Positions 17,419-27,092 of a DNA stretch of 64,000 nt are shown piece by piece (positions within the stretch are counted from its first letter, which is position 1; each line of letters opens with the position of its first letter). The DNA is taken from assembly GCA_046318115.1 (NCBI GenBank), contig JBKCVA010000021.1, positions 114 through 64,113 of the forward strand. Reading direction: 5' to 3'. This stretch comes from Lysobacterales bacterium (GTDB taxonomy: Bacteria; Pseudomonadota; Gammaproteobacteria; Xanthomonadales; Xanthomonadaceae). Under the pieces are notes generated by a model. It made no database searches. It worked only from the letters and a program-made list of their open reading frames with translations, and was not told where the DNA came from. Made by a program: the position numbers and the translations under genes.

Positions 17419-19731
17419 TCAGCGCTGCTCCAGCTCCGCGCGCGCGACTTCGCGTACCAGCCGGAAACCGACATCGTCATAGCCATGCGCGGGATCAACC
17501 GCAGCCTCGCGCTCGCGCTCGGGCTGCTCGGCCTCGCGGCGCCCGAAGCCCAGCAGCGGCTGACGCACACAGCCAGCGGCGCAGGGCGCGCTCCACTCGC
17601 GCACCTGGTCAGAACGGGCGCAGCCTGCTGGCGCGGCCCGACAGGCTTCCGCCGCCATCGCCGCCGGCAGGGCGCGCCATTCGTCGACCTCGGGCATGCG
17701 GTAGCGCCGCCCCTCCTGCCCACTCAACCACTGCGCGTAGGCCGCGGCATCCGCGAGGCTCACACAGACCACCGGTTCTGCAGACGACTGCTCGAAGCCC
17801 GGCGCATCCCATCGTCGTTTGCGCAGGTTGAAGGCAGCACTGCGGATCTTGCAGTTGGCCGCAGCGCGCCCGGTGGCAGCGACGAAGCGCGCGTAGTCGC
17901 TGCGGCTGACCGGCTCGACCAGCGCCGCCAGCCCTGGACGCTCGCCCTCCGGCAGGCGCAGCAGCTGCTGCGCAGGAGTGCCCGCCAACCGCTGGCCGAC
18001 GCGGGCACGCACGATGCCCTGTGACCATTCGGGTTCCAGCGTGGCCGCCGCGATCGAGAGGGCTTCCGCCTCGACGCGCGCCGCGCGCAGCGCCTCGACA
18101 TCTCCAGCCGCGAGCGCTGCCTGCAGACGGGAGCGCGCCCAGTCGCGCGGCGCCTGCTGCACGGCGCGCCAGGCCTCGCTGTCGGTCAGCGCCAACGCGT
18201 GCGCCAGCGCGACGGCGGCGCTGTAGAGCCGACGGTCGGGCGCGCTTGCGTCAGGGCTGAAGCTCCGTTCGACGTAGGGCTGGGCTGCCGCCAGCCAGTC
18301 GTTGCCCAAGCGCGCGAGTGCGTCCGCGTCGGCCCCGAGGGCTTGTGCGGTCAGCAGCGATTCGTGGGCATTGGCGCCGGACGGCTGGGTGAGACGACGC
18401 TGGCGGATCTGCAGCCCGGCGAAATGCAGCGCCTGCTGCAGCGGAGGCAGCGCCGCAATCTCCGGGTCGATGGCGGCTTCGGTGTCGGCGGCGGCATCGG
18501 CCGTGGGCAACTCGCCCGAGGACGCAGCTGGAACCTGCCCGGGTTCGAGCACAGCCGAAGTCGGCAGGGCCGGGGTCGACGTGGCCGCGAGCGGCGGCGC
18601 GACCGCAGCGGCGCGCGCGAGCGCCGCCTCGGGGCCAGGCGCCGGCTCGGCCAGCGCCCCGATCACCTCGGCAACCGCCGCACTGGCGCCGGGCCGATGC
18701 CAAGCCTGCCAGGCCACCACCAGCGCCAGCGCCAGCACCACTAGGGCAGCCACGGCGATGAACAGCGGGTTCACTGTGCGCTTTGGCGTCGTCGGCAGCA
18801 CCGCACGCGGCGCGGTGATGGCCTCATCGAGCGGCACCGGCGCAGGCGCGGGCGCAGGGCCGGTGTCGAGCCGCGCCTGCTCGATGCGATCCAGCGCAGC
18901 CATCATGTCCTGCGCGCTGGCGAAGCGGGCGTCCGGCGTCTTCGCCAGGGCGCGGTCGATGAAGGCCTGCCAGTGCGACTTGTGCGCGGGCAGGCGGGGG
19001 ATCGGGTCGACCGAGTGGCGCACCGCCATCTGCAGAGGACCATCCGCCTGGAAGGGCAGTTCGCCCATCAGCTTGTCGTAGGCCAGCACGCCGATGCTGT
19101 AGAGATCGGCGCGACCATCGACCTTCTCGCCGCGGGCCTGCTCCGGTGCCATGTGGGTGGCGCTGCCGAGCGCGAAGCCACCGTCGGTGACGCGTTGGCG
19201 GTCGGAGCGGTGCATGGCGATGCCGAAATCGGTGAGCAGCGGGCGATCGACGTTGTCGAACAGCACGTTCTCGGACTTGATGTCCCGATGCACGACGCCG
19301 CGTTCGTGGGCGTAGTCGAGCGCCCACAGCAGCGCGCGCAGGATCGCGATGAGCCGCGGCTCGTCGCTGACCAGCTCACGCTGCCCCAGATGGCCGCGCG
19401 GCAGGAAGGGCATCACGTAGTAGAGCAGGCCCAGCTCGGTGCGGCCGACGTCATGGATGCTGACGATGCCGGGATGCTGCAGCTTGGCGATGGTGCGCGC
19501 CTCGCGCTCGAAGCGCAGCTTGCTGATCTCGTCCTTCAGCGCGGTCGGCGCGATGACCTTGATGGCCACCTGCCGGTCCAGCGACTCCTGCACGCCCAGA
19601 TAGACGTAGGACATACCGCCCTGTCCCAGCCGACGCAGCACGCGGTAGCCCGGTATGTCGGGCATGTAGGCCGACAGCAACTCGGACAACTCGTCGGGCG
19701 AGAGATCGGGCGAGGGCGTAGGGGTAGCCAT
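17419..19731 (-). CDS. Hanks-type Ser/Thr protein kinase with TM segment and C-terminal FGE-sulfatase (SUMF1)-like domain
   Basis: GQGGMSYV, VAIK, HRDIKSEN, DFG, MAPEQ, DLYSIG; TM LFIAVAALVVLALALVVAW; PVVCVSLADAAAYAQWLS..RMPEVDEW..VREW..GFRLVRE. Confidence 0.92.
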   Translation of the reverse strand: MATPTPSPDLSPDELSELLSAYMPDIPGYRVLRRLGQGGMSYVYLGVQESLDRQVAIKVIAPTALKDEISKLRFEREARTIAKLQHPGIVSIHDVGRTELGLLYYVMPFLPRGHLGQRELVSDEPRLIAILRALLWALDYAHERGVVHRDIKSENVLFDNVDRPLLTDFGIAMHRSDRQRVTDGGFALGSATHMAPEQARGEKVDGRADLYSIGVLAYDKLMGELPFQADGPLQMAVRHSVDPIPRLPAHKSHWQAFIDRALAKTPDARFASAQDMMAALDRIEQARLDTGPAPAPAPVPLDEAITAPRAVLPTTPKRTVNPLFIAVAALVVLALALVVAWQAWHRPGASAAVAEVIGALAEPAPGPEAALARAAAVAPPLAATSTPALPTSAVLEPGQVPAASSGELPTADAAADTEAAIDPEIAALPPLQQALHFAGLQIRQRRLTQPSGANAHESLLTAQALGADADALARLGNDWLAAAQPYVERSFSPDASAPDRRLYSAAVALAHALALTDSEAWRAVQQAPRDWARSRLQAALAAGDVEALRAARVEAEALSIAAATLEPEWSQGIVRARVGQRLAGTPAQQLLRLPEGERPGLAALVEPVSRSDYARFVAATGRAAANCKIRSAAFNLRKRRWDAPGFEQSSAEPVVCVSLADAAAYAQWLSGQEGRRYRMPEVDEWRALPAAMAAEACRAAPAGCARSDQVREWSAPCAAGCVRQPLLGFGRREAEQPEREREAAVDPAHGYDDVGFRLVREVARAELEQR

Positions 19732-19873
19732 GGGTGGCGGGGGGCAGTCTGGCGGCGAGGATACGCCGTTTGCCGTTGCAAAAGTTCACCCCAGCTCACA
19801 GCGCGACGGAACGCCCTGCGAAACGCACCGGCCCAGCGGGCGTCCGCGCCGGCGCGCGCCGAGCCGCTCGGGG

Positions 19874-20638
19874 TCAGAGGTGCTTTAGCAGCTGACGGAT
19901 CTGCGGGAGGCAGCGCCGGCTGATCTCGAGGGCGTCGGCACTTCGCTTGAGCAGGGCATGGACCTGACCATCGGCGCCACGACGCAGTTCGCGAAGTTCG
20001 CTGCGGGCGACAAGGCAGTTGCGGTGGATGCGCAGGAAGCGCTCCGGGAACTCGTGCTCGAGCGTCTTCAACGAATCTTCGACGAGATCCTCGCCGCCGA
20101 GGTGATGCACCACGACGTACTTCTCCTCGGCCTGCAGGTAGACGATGTCGGCGATCGGGATCAGGCGAAGGCTGCCGCGCAGGCGGGCACAGAGGTGGGT
20201 GCGCGCCTGCGTCTTCGGCAGCGCCTGCAGGCGCTCGTTGGCTCGCCCGCGGCCCAGCGCGCGGGCGCGCTCGAGGGCCGCCCCCAGGCGCTCGGCACGC
20301 ACCGGCTTCAGCAGATAGTCGATGGCTCGTGCCTCGAACGCCGCCAGGGCATGCTCGTCGTAGGCCGTGCAGAACACCACTGCGGGCGCTGACGGGTCCG
20401 CGGCCAGATGGCGGGCTGCCTCGAGACCGTCCATCACCGGCATGGCGATGTCCAGCAGCACCACGTCGGGCCTGAGCTGTTCGCAGGCATCGATCGCCTG
20501 GCGGCCATCGGGCGCTTCGCCGACCACGCGCACGCCCGGCAGCCCCAGCAGCAGGTCGCGCAAGCGCTGGCGGGCGAGCGGTTCGTCATCGACGATCAGG
20601 ACATCGAGGACGGCAGCGCGGGATTCCGTGGCATCCAT
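19874..20638 (-). CDS. algR: LytTR-family response regulator, AlgR-like
   Basis: IVDDEPLAR, LLDIAMP, FCTAYD, DYLLKP; LytTR domain FLRIHRNCLV. Confidence 0.88.
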   Translation of the reverse strand: MDATESRAAVLDVLIVDDEPLARQRLRDLLLGLPGVRVVGEAPDGRQAIDACEQLRPDVVLLDIAMPVMDGLEAARHLAADPSAPAVVFCTAYDEHALAAFEARAIDYLLKPVRAERLGAALERARALGRGRANERLQALPKTQARTHLCARLRGSLRLIPIADIVYLQAEEKYVVVHHLGGEDLVEDSLKTLEHEFPERFLRIHRNCLVARSELRELRRGADGQVHALLKRSADALEISRRCLPQIRQLLKHL

Positions 20639-21660
20639 AGGGTCACCGAATAGTGGTCAGGGGCGGGCACCGCGGTCATCCACGCGGTCGGGCCAAAAAA
20701 GTGCTGCAGGCGCTGCTCGATACTCAGCACGGCATGGCGGTTGCCGCCACTGGCAGCCTGCGCAGGACACGGGTTGCCGATCTCGATGCGTAGACCGTCG
20801 TCGATGCAGCGCAACTCGATCAGGATCTCACCCCCCTGCGGCAGACGGGCGACACCGTGGAGGATCGCGTTCTCGACGAGCGGCTGCAGCAGCAGGCGCG
20901 GCAGGCGCAGCGTCTGCGGCCAGCCGGGCTCGAGATCGATGCGCAGGCGCAGACGATCGCCCAGACGGAGGCGCTCGATGCCGAGGTAGCGGTCGATCAG
21001 TTCGAATTCCTCGGCCAGTGTCCAGTCGCCCTGCCCCGCGCCCAGCGCCGCCCGGAACACCTCGGAGAGGTCCTCGATCGCACGCTCTGCGGTGGCGGGG
21101 TCGCGGCGCACCAGGCTGATGATGCTGTTGAGGCTGTTGAACAGAAAATGCGGGCGAATGCGTGCCTGCAGGGCACGCACCTCCGCCTGTGCGCTGGCCT
21201 GCACCTGCGCCTGCCAAAGCTGTTGGACGTAGAAGTAGCGCAGCAGCGCCGCCGACAGCAGGCCAGCCACCGCGGCACAGGACAGTGCGAACTGCAGTCC
21301 ATGGCCCGTGGGCACGGTGAGCCCGAGCCTCAGCGTGACATCGAGCTGGTGGACAGCGCCCGCTCCCAGCAGTGTGGCCAGCGTCGGGATCGCCCAGCCG
21401 GCGGCGATCGAAAGCGGACGCGGCCGCAGCCGGAGTACCAATGGCCTGAGCTTGCACAACAGCACGCTGGCCAACAGGCCCAGCCACTGCGCGAACACAC
21501 TGGCGACGAACAGCCGTGAACCGGCGTCAGCGGGGTCACCGGCCGCACCGGGCATCAACACAGCGGCCAGCACGATGATCTGCGCGGCCACCATCACCAC
21601 GAACAGGGTGGGTATGCGGCAGAAGTCGGGGAGCCAGTGATCGAGCGGAGCGCTGTGCAT
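20596..21660 (-). CDS. fimS: FimS/AlgZ-like sensor histidine kinase (His_kinase family)
   Basis: LPDFCRIP.. TM region, ALQARIRPHFLFNSLN, LQPLVENAILHG; directly upstream of the LytTR regulator. Confidence 0.85.
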   Translation of the reverse strand: MHSAPLDHWLPDFCRIPTLFVVMVAAQIIVLAAVLMPGAAGDPADAGSRLFVASVFAQWLGLLASVLLCKLRPLVLRLRPRPLSIAAGWAIPTLATLLGAGAVHQLDVTLRLGLTVPTGHGLQFALSCAAVAGLLSAALLRYFYVQQLWQAQVQASAQAEVRALQARIRPHFLFNSLNSIISLVRRDPATAERAIEDLSEVFRAALGAGQGDWTLAEEFELIDRYLGIERLRLGDRLRLRIDLEPGWPQTLRLPRLLLQPLVENAILHGVARLPQGGEILIELRCIDDGLRIEIGNPCPAQAASGGNRHAVLSIEQRLQHFFGPTAWMTAVPAPDHYSVTLWMPRNPALPSSMS

Positions 21661-21695
21661 CGGCGGAAGTATGCCTGCCGCCCGCGTGGGCGCCG

Positions 21696-22367
21696 CTACC
21701 GCTGTTCGCCCAGCAGATGCCGCTCCATCCATCCGGAGAGGTCCCGGATTTCCTCGGCGCAGACGCTGTGTGGCATGCCGTAGCTGTGCCAATCCACCGG
21801 ATGCCCCCAGGCCTGAAGCCGCTGCCGGGCCGCCAATCCCAGCATCTGCGGCACGATGGGATCGACCGCGCCGTGGCCGATGAACACCGGCAGGCCGGCC
21901 TGGATCGGGGCGCGCTGCGCTTCGATGCGCGCGGCAATCGGCAGATAGGTCGACAATGCAACGATGCCGGCGAGTCGCTCGGGATGGGTGAGCCCTGAAG
22001 CCAGCGCCACAGCTCCACCCTGCGAGAAGCCCGCCAGCAGGATCCGCTGACTGTCGACGCCGCGCTGGCGCTCGCGCGCGATCAGGCGCTCGACCCCGGC
22101 CACCGAGGCGAGGATGCCAGCCTCGTCCTCGATCGCCATCAGCTCGAGACCATGGATGTCGTACCAGCCGCGCATGCGCATGCCGCCGTTCAGAGTGATC
22201 GGCCGCACCGGTGCGTGCGGGAACACGAAGCGCAGCGGCGGCCAACCCGTGCGCAGCAGCTCGGGCACGATCGGCTCGAAGTCGTGTCCATCCGCCCCCA
22301 GCCCATGCAGCCAGAGCACGCTGTGGCGCGGCTGCTTGCCGGTTTCGATTTCGATGCACTCCAGCAT
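21696..22367 (-). CDS. Carboxylesterase/phospholipase (Abhydrolase_2)
   Basis: LWLHGLGADGHDF, MRGWYDI, AGFSQGG, HGAVDPIVP, HSVCAEE. Confidence 0.95.
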   Translation of the reverse strand: MLECIEIETGKQPRHSVLWLHGLGADGHDFEPIVPELLRTGWPPLRFVFPHAPVRPITLNGGMRMRGWYDIHGLELMAIEDEAGILASVAGVERLIARERQRGVDSQRILLAGFSQGGAVALASGLTHPERLAGIVALSTYLPIAARIEAQRAPIQAGLPVFIGHGAVDPIVPQMLGLAARQRLQAWGHPVDWHSYGMPHSVCAEEIRDLSGWMERHLLGEQR

Positions 22368-22455
22368 GGGCGTCTCCGTAGGTGGGGCGCGCAGTGTAGG
22401 CGTCCGCGCGCAAACGCTGGCGTCCGGAGCATGTCGCATGACAGCATCCACGCCC

Positions 22456-23397
22456 ATGTTCGATGTCGTCGTCCTCTTCTTCCTGCTGGGCTTGATCGCG
22501 CGCCTGGCCAAGTCCGACCTGCGCCTGCCGGAAGCGGTCTACGAGGTGCTGTCGATCTATCTGCTGCTGGCGATCGGCCTGAAGGGCGGCATCGAGCTGT
22601 CCAAGCATTCGATCGGCGACCTGCTGCCGCAGGTGGCGGCGACGATGGCGCTGGGCTTCGCGATCCCGCTGATGCTGTTTCCGCTGCTGCGCCTGCTGCG
22701 CTTCGCCAGTGCGGACAGTGCCTCGCTGTCGGCGCACTACGGCTCGGTGAGCGTGGTCACCTTCGCGGTGGCGACTGCCGCCCTCGACCGTGCGGGCGTG
22801 GCCTACGAATCGCACGCTGCGCTGTGGGTAGCAGTCATGGAAGCGCCGGCGCTGGTCGCCGGCATCCTGCTGGCGCGCATGTCGCGGCTCAGGGATGTGC
22901 GCTGGCGCCGCCTCGGCCACGAGGTGCTGTTCGGCAAGTCGGTGCTGCTGCTGGCCGGCGGGCTGGCCATCGGTGCGGTTGCAGGCGTCGAGGGCAGCAA
23001 GGCCATCGCGCCTGTGTTCATCGATCCTTTCCGCGGCATCCTCGCCCTGTTCCTGCTCGAACTGGGGCTGGTGGCCGGCGGGCGGCTGCGCGAGATCGGT
23101 CCCTTTGGTCCACGGCTGCTGCTGCTGGGCCTCGGCTTTCCGCCCCTGCTCGCGGTGCTGGGCGCGCTGACCGGCGTGGCCTTGGGCCTTTCGGTGGGCG
23201 GCATCGCGATCCTCGCCACGCTGGCCGCGAGCGCCAGTTACATCGCCGCGCCCACTGCCATGCGCATGGCGGTGCCCGAAGCCAACGCAGCGCTGTCGAT
23301 CACCGCTGCACTCGGCATCAGCTTCCCCTTCAACGTGATCGTTGGCATTCCGCTGTATCTGAAGCTCGCGCACTGGTTGGGAGGCGCACCCGCATGA
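22456..23397 (+). CDS. sbtA: SbtA-family sodium-dependent bicarbonate transporter
   Basis: LSIYLLLAIGLKGG, AHYGSVSVVTF, MEAPA, LFLLELG, ASASYIAAP, LGISFPFNVIVGIPLY. Confidence 0.92.
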   Translation: MFDVVVLFFLLGLIARLAKSDLRLPEAVYEVLSIYLLLAIGLKGGIELSKHSIGDLLPQVAATMALGFAIPLMLFPLLRLLRFASADSASLSAHYGSVSVVTFAVATAALDRAGVAYESHAALWVAVMEAPALVAGILLARMSRLRDVRWRRLGHEVLFGKSVLLLAGGLAIGAVAGVEGSKAIAPVFIDPFRGILALFLLELGLVAGGRLREIGPFGPRLLLLGLGFPPLLAVLGALTGVALGLSVGGIAILATLAASASYIAAPTAMRMAVPEANAALSITAALGISFPFNVIVGIPLYLKLAHWLGGAPA

Positions 23398-23702
23398 CCT
23401 TGCCCAAACATCCCCGCACCCTGCTGGTGATCATCGCCGAGGCTGCGCTCGAGAAGTCGCTGGCCCGCGACGTGCGTCGTCTGGGTGCGCACGGCTACAC
23501 GGTGTATGACGTGCGCGGCGCCGGCCACAGCGGCATCCGTGAAGGCAGCTGGGAGGCGGACCGCAGCATCGAAATGAAGGTGATCTGCGAGGCCGAGGTC
23601 GCTGATCGCATCGCTGCCCACGTGCTGGGCGAGTACGGCGCCAACTTCGGCCTGACCCTGTTCTTTGCCGACGTCGAAGTGCTGCGCCCAGGCAAGTACT
23701 GA
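23394..23702 (+). CDS. sbtB: SbtB-like PII-family regulator
   Basis: LLVIIAEAALE..GAHGYTVYDVRGAGHSG..SIEMKVIC; ATGA overlap with sbtA. Confidence 0.85.
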   Translation: MTLPKHPRTLLVIIAEAALEKSLARDVRRLGAHGYTVYDVRGAGHSGIREGSWEADRSIEMKVICEAEVADRIAAHVLGEYGANFGLTLFFADVEVLRPGKY

Positions 23703-23877
23703 GAGCCCGCGAAAACCATCCGCCTGCCGCGGCCGCCTCCGGCAGCCCGCGGTGGCAACGCGCTCCGCGAATTCAGGGTTCATGGGCGCGCCGAACGTCC
23801 GTGAATTCACATGCCGCGCTTTGCCACGAAGGGCCAGAGACGCCCTCGCTGCCGCGTCTGAGTTTTTTCGCAGGCTC
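23703..23877. mobile_element. MITE-like non-coding element (175 bp) with 13-bp imperfect TIRs GAGCCCGCGAAAA / TTTTCGCAGGCTC
   Basis: Terminal inverted repeats plus a diverged second copy in opposite orientation at about 38975-39145. Confidence 0.6.
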
Positions 23878-24128
23878 CGGGTGCGCGTGGGCAAACCCTC
23901 GACAGACGGCCGGCTCCTCGGGACGCGCGTCCCTGCATCGCGATGCAGTATTCGCTGTGCTACGCCCCTCTGAAGGCGAGACGGAAGCAGGGCCCTCGCA
24001 GACGCTTCGGCCCATCCCCTCATCGACCCGCTCTCCGCTTTGGGCGCCCGTGCGCTCGAACGCGCTCAGCATCACACCGCGGGTCTGCTGGCTACGGCAG
24101 GATGGCGGCCCGTGTCACACTCTGTCAC

Positions 24129-24785
24129 ATGAAGTCGCGCATGCCGCCCAATCGCCTGCCCCTCCCCATGCGCCGCACCGGCCGCATTGCCGCCATGGCC
24201 GTTCTGCTCGTCCTCAGCGCGCCCGCAGCCCTTGCGTGGCCTCAGAAGGACGCATCGCCGGACACCTTCCCGCCGTTGGGGAGCCAGTGCGAGAGCCTGG
24301 ATGCAGAGCCGATCACCTACGGTATGCAGTACGACCTGCCCGGCAGTGGCCTGCCTGACGAAATCCGCGACATCCACGACGTGTGGCTGGCCGGTGGCTG
24401 CGTGGGCTGCCACAACCAGACCGCGATGGGCGGGCTCAGGCTGGACACCCCGGACTTCGCCGGCTACGAACTCGTGCTGGCCAACAGCTTCCGCAACAGC
24501 GAGATCTTTCGCGTCGTCCCCAACAGGCCGGAGTCGAGCCTGCTGTACGCGATGATCAACTGCACGCCCCCCGGCGACTACCCGTTCATGCCGCCGGCCA
24601 CGGACCAGTTGCCCGTTCGGCTGTCGCCACGGCTGCGCGCCCTTGTCTATGACTGGATCGCACAGGGCGCGCGGGGTTTCGATGCGTTCGGCGCGCCCTA
24701 CAGCGACGTGGTCTTCCGGGACTCGATGGAATCCTCGCGTCAACAATTCAACCTCGTGATGCCAACTCCGATGAGGACGCCGTGA
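24129..24785 (+). CDS. Secreted monoheme c-type cytochrome, planctomycete cytochrome C (PSCyt1)-like; start may be 24168
   Basis: Signal peptide, CVGCH, GGLRLD, RVVPNRPESSLL, MPP, YDWIAQGA. Confidence 0.8.
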   Translation: MKSRMPPNRLPLPMRRTGRIAAMAVLLVLSAPAALAWPQKDASPDTFPPLGSQCESLDAEPITYGMQYDLPGSGLPDEIRDIHDVWLAGGCVGCHNQTAMGGLRLDTPDFAGYELVLANSFRNSEIFRVVPNRPESSLLYAMINCTPPGDYPFMPPATDQLPVRLSPRLRALVYDWIAQGARGFDAFGAPYSDVVFRDSMESSRQQFNLVMPTPMRTP

Positions 24786-25279
24786 TCCTGAAAACCTTGC
24801 CAACGCTGCTCGCCGCTGCCGCACTGTCGATCTCGGCCGACGTCCGCGCAACCGGCGGCCCCAGCGGGTGCGCGCAGCTCCCGCTGGACACCTTCCCCAT
24901 CCGCTACGACGTCAGCTTCGAAGCGGACATCCGGCCCCTGTTGGATGTCCAATGCAGCACCTGCCACATCAACAGCAGCAACGGCGGCCTCAACTTCAAC
25001 CTGGCGAACGCCGTGAGCAATCTCTTGGGCGTCGATGAGCGTGGCCGCGCCGCCAACGGCGACGCCAGCATTCTCCGGGTGCGGCCCTTCGAGCCTTTGG
25101 CGAGCGCGCTTTTTCTCAAGATCAACTGCGATGTACCGCCCTTCGGATCGCAGATGCCGGGCGATGCAGCGCTGCAGGCCGCGGTCTACGACTGGATCGC
25201 GAACGGCGCGCTGATGCCCGATTCCGTCGGCGGGCAGCGCCTGTTCATCGGTCGCTTCGAGAGCATCCAGCGGCCCTGA
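24782..25279 (+). CDS. Secreted monoheme c-type cytochrome, PSCyt1-like paralogue
   Basis: Signal peptide, VSFEADIRPLL..CSTCH, GGLNF, RVRPFEPLASAL, QMP, YDWIANGA; GTGA overlap with the upstream paralogue. Confidence 0.8.
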   Translation: MILKTLPTLLAAAALSISADVRATGGPSGCAQLPLDTFPIRYDVSFEADIRPLLDVQCSTCHINSSNGGLNFNLANAVSNLLGVDERGRAANGDASILRVRPFEPLASALFLKINCDVPPFGSQMPGDAALQAAVYDWIANGALMPDSVGGQRLFIGRFESIQRP

Positions 25280-25314
25280 GCCGTCTGCGCGCATGCGCAG
25301 CCTGTATCAGCAAC

Positions 25315-25348
25315 AAAAAGGGCTGCCCGAAGGCAGCCCTTTCTGTTT
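25315..25348. terminator. Bidirectional intrinsic terminator between the cytochrome pair and DUF1501
   Basis: AAAAAGGGCTGCC-CGAA-GGCAGCCCTTTCTGTTT hairpin with A and T tracts on both sides. Confidence 0.85.
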
Positions 25349-25366
25349 CGTCGCTGCGTCCGGCAC

Positions 25367-27082
25367 TCAGACGGTGATGAAGGGCATCGTCTGCGTGTTG
25401 TAGGCCATCACCGCCGCATTGGGGTGCGAGCCGTTGGTGAATGCGCCGATGTTGGGGAACAACACCGGAATGTCGACTGCGCTCACGCCCATCCAGCGGG
25501 CAAACGTGGCCGACATCTGATCGACCGAACTGGTGGGCAGGAACTCGCCGCGGTTGAAGCTCTCACCGAGCAGGTCGGGGCCACCGGAGTAGCTGCGGTT
25601 CAACAGCTGCAGCGGGTAGCGTCCGTAGATCTGGCCACCATTCAACGGGCCACCCTCGCTGGACGGGCGACCGAACACCATCTGCACCGCGCCCCAAGCG
25701 TGGTCGGTGCCGCTGCCGTTCGAGTTGATCGTGCGCGCGAACTCGCTCTGGGTGAAACCCATGACTTCGTTCAGCACGCCGCTGTAACCCGGCACGTTGT
25801 TGAGCACCGCAATCGCTTCATAGAAGAAGTGCACGGCTTGCGCGACCTGCTGCAACAGGCCCTGATGACCTCCCCAGTTGCCATTGACCGGAGCGGCTGC
25901 CGGGATCTGCGCATCGTGGGTGTCGTAGCCACCCGTGCTGACATAGAAGACCTGGCGGTTGGCCGCGATGCTGAAGCCGCTGACGCCGGGCCGGGAGACC
26001 GCAATCATCCTGGCCACCTGACGCAGCTGGTTGCCCAGACCCGAGCCGGGGATGTTGTTGACCGCGGTGTTGAACGAAATCGTGTTGCCGGCCTGGGCCT
26101 GGGTGAAGCGGGTGTCCGTCCCCAGGAGACCGATGGCCTGGTTGATGCCGGTCGACAGATTCATCGAGCGATCGACGATCTGGCCGTACTCGTTGCTGAA
26201 GGCCTGCGGGTAGGTGGTGTTGAGCAGGCTCTCCAGCACCTCGCGGCGCTTGGTTCCGGCGAGATTGTTGCTGTTGTAGTTGTTGAGCGAGGTCGCCGGG
26301 TTGGTGCCGCTCGTCGACAGCCGGTAGGGGATCACCGGCTGGCCGCCGGTGTACTCACCGACAAGGAACCGGGTCTGGCCACTGATGGAAATGCAGGGCG
26401 AAAGACCACTCGCGGGCGATACCCCCAGCAGCCGGCCGGCCATCCGCCCACCCCAACCGCTGGGCTGGGAGGAGTTGGCGCCACCACCAATTTGCCAAAG
26501 GTTGGTCTGGTCGTTGTGCGAGTAGAGCTGCGGCGGCCGCTTCCAGGTGTTGAAGTTCTGCCGCCGAACGGGCTCGACCAGCGGGCCGACGTTGGCGATG
26601 AACGCAAGACGTCCCTGGTTGAACATGCGCCGAAGGCCGGTCTCGGTGCCCTGCCCTGCATTGTTCGCTGCCGCCGGGTTCAACGCATAGGGCACGCCCT
26701 GGAGCGCCAGCGCATTGGGCAGCTGGCCGCCGGCGCCACCGCCAACCAGCGGAATGCCCAGCTGGGAGCCGGAACCCTGGAAAAGACCTCCACGCGAGGT
26801 GACGTACCAGCCGTAGGGCGTGGGGCCGTAGGGCGCCAGCGCGGTGCGGCCCGCCACCGGAATCTGGGTGGTCGTGTCCGAGGGGATCAGCAGATTCCAC
26901 GAGTCGTTGCCGCCGGACAGGTAGATGCAGACCAGCGCCTTGTAGCCGCTCGGAGCGGACTGGGCGAGCGCCGTTCCCATCATGGAAAGCTGCGGAACGA
27001 AAGTGGCGGCCGCGCCGGAGGCGGCCATGCAGGCGGCGCCTTTCAGGAAGTCACGGCGCTTGTCGAAATGGATGCGGGACAT
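25367..27082 (-). CDS. DUF1501 family protein with Tat signal
   Basis: KRRDFLK twin-arginine motif; YKALVCIYLSGGNDSWN, LYSHNDQ, GGYDTH, SEFART..NGSGTDHAWG, PTSSVDQM. Confidence 0.9.
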   Translation of the reverse strand: MSRIHFDKRRDFLKGAACMAASGAAATFVPQLSMMGTALAQSAPSGYKALVCIYLSGGNDSWNLLIPSDTTTQIPVAGRTALAPYGPTPYGWYVTSRGGLFQGSGSQLGIPLVGGGAGGQLPNALALQGVPYALNPAAANNAGQGTETGLRRMFNQGRLAFIANVGPLVEPVRRQNFNTWKRPPQLYSHNDQTNLWQIGGGANSSQPSGWGGRMAGRLLGVSPASGLSPCISISGQTRFLVGEYTGGQPVIPYRLSTSGTNPATSLNNYNSNNLAGTKRREVLESLLNTTYPQAFSNEYGQIVDRSMNLSTGINQAIGLLGTDTRFTQAQAGNTISFNTAVNNIPGSGLGNQLRQVARMIAVSRPGVSGFSIAANRQVFYVSTGGYDTHDAQIPAAAPVNGNWGGHQGLLQQVAQAVHFFYEAIAVLNNVPGYSGVLNEVMGFTQSEFARTINSNGSGTDHAWGAVQMVFGRPSSEGGPLNGGQIYGRYPLQLLNRSYSGGPDLLGESFNRGEFLPTSSVDQMSATFARWMGVSAVDIPVLFPNIGAFTNGSHPNAAVMAYNTQTMPFITV

Positions 27083-27092
27083 GGCGTGCTCC

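Noticed and set aside
20596-23373. 925-aa ORF suggesting a giant sensor kinase
   Set aside because: Only 20596-21660 is FimS-like; the upstream part overlaps the esterase in another frame and sbtA on the opposite strand.
24112-24128. Pho box upstream of the cytochrome pair (GTGTCAC-ACT-CTGTCAC)
   Set aside because: The direct repeats are 10 bp apart, not the 11 bp needed for PhoB; another regulator cannot be excluded, but there is no support.
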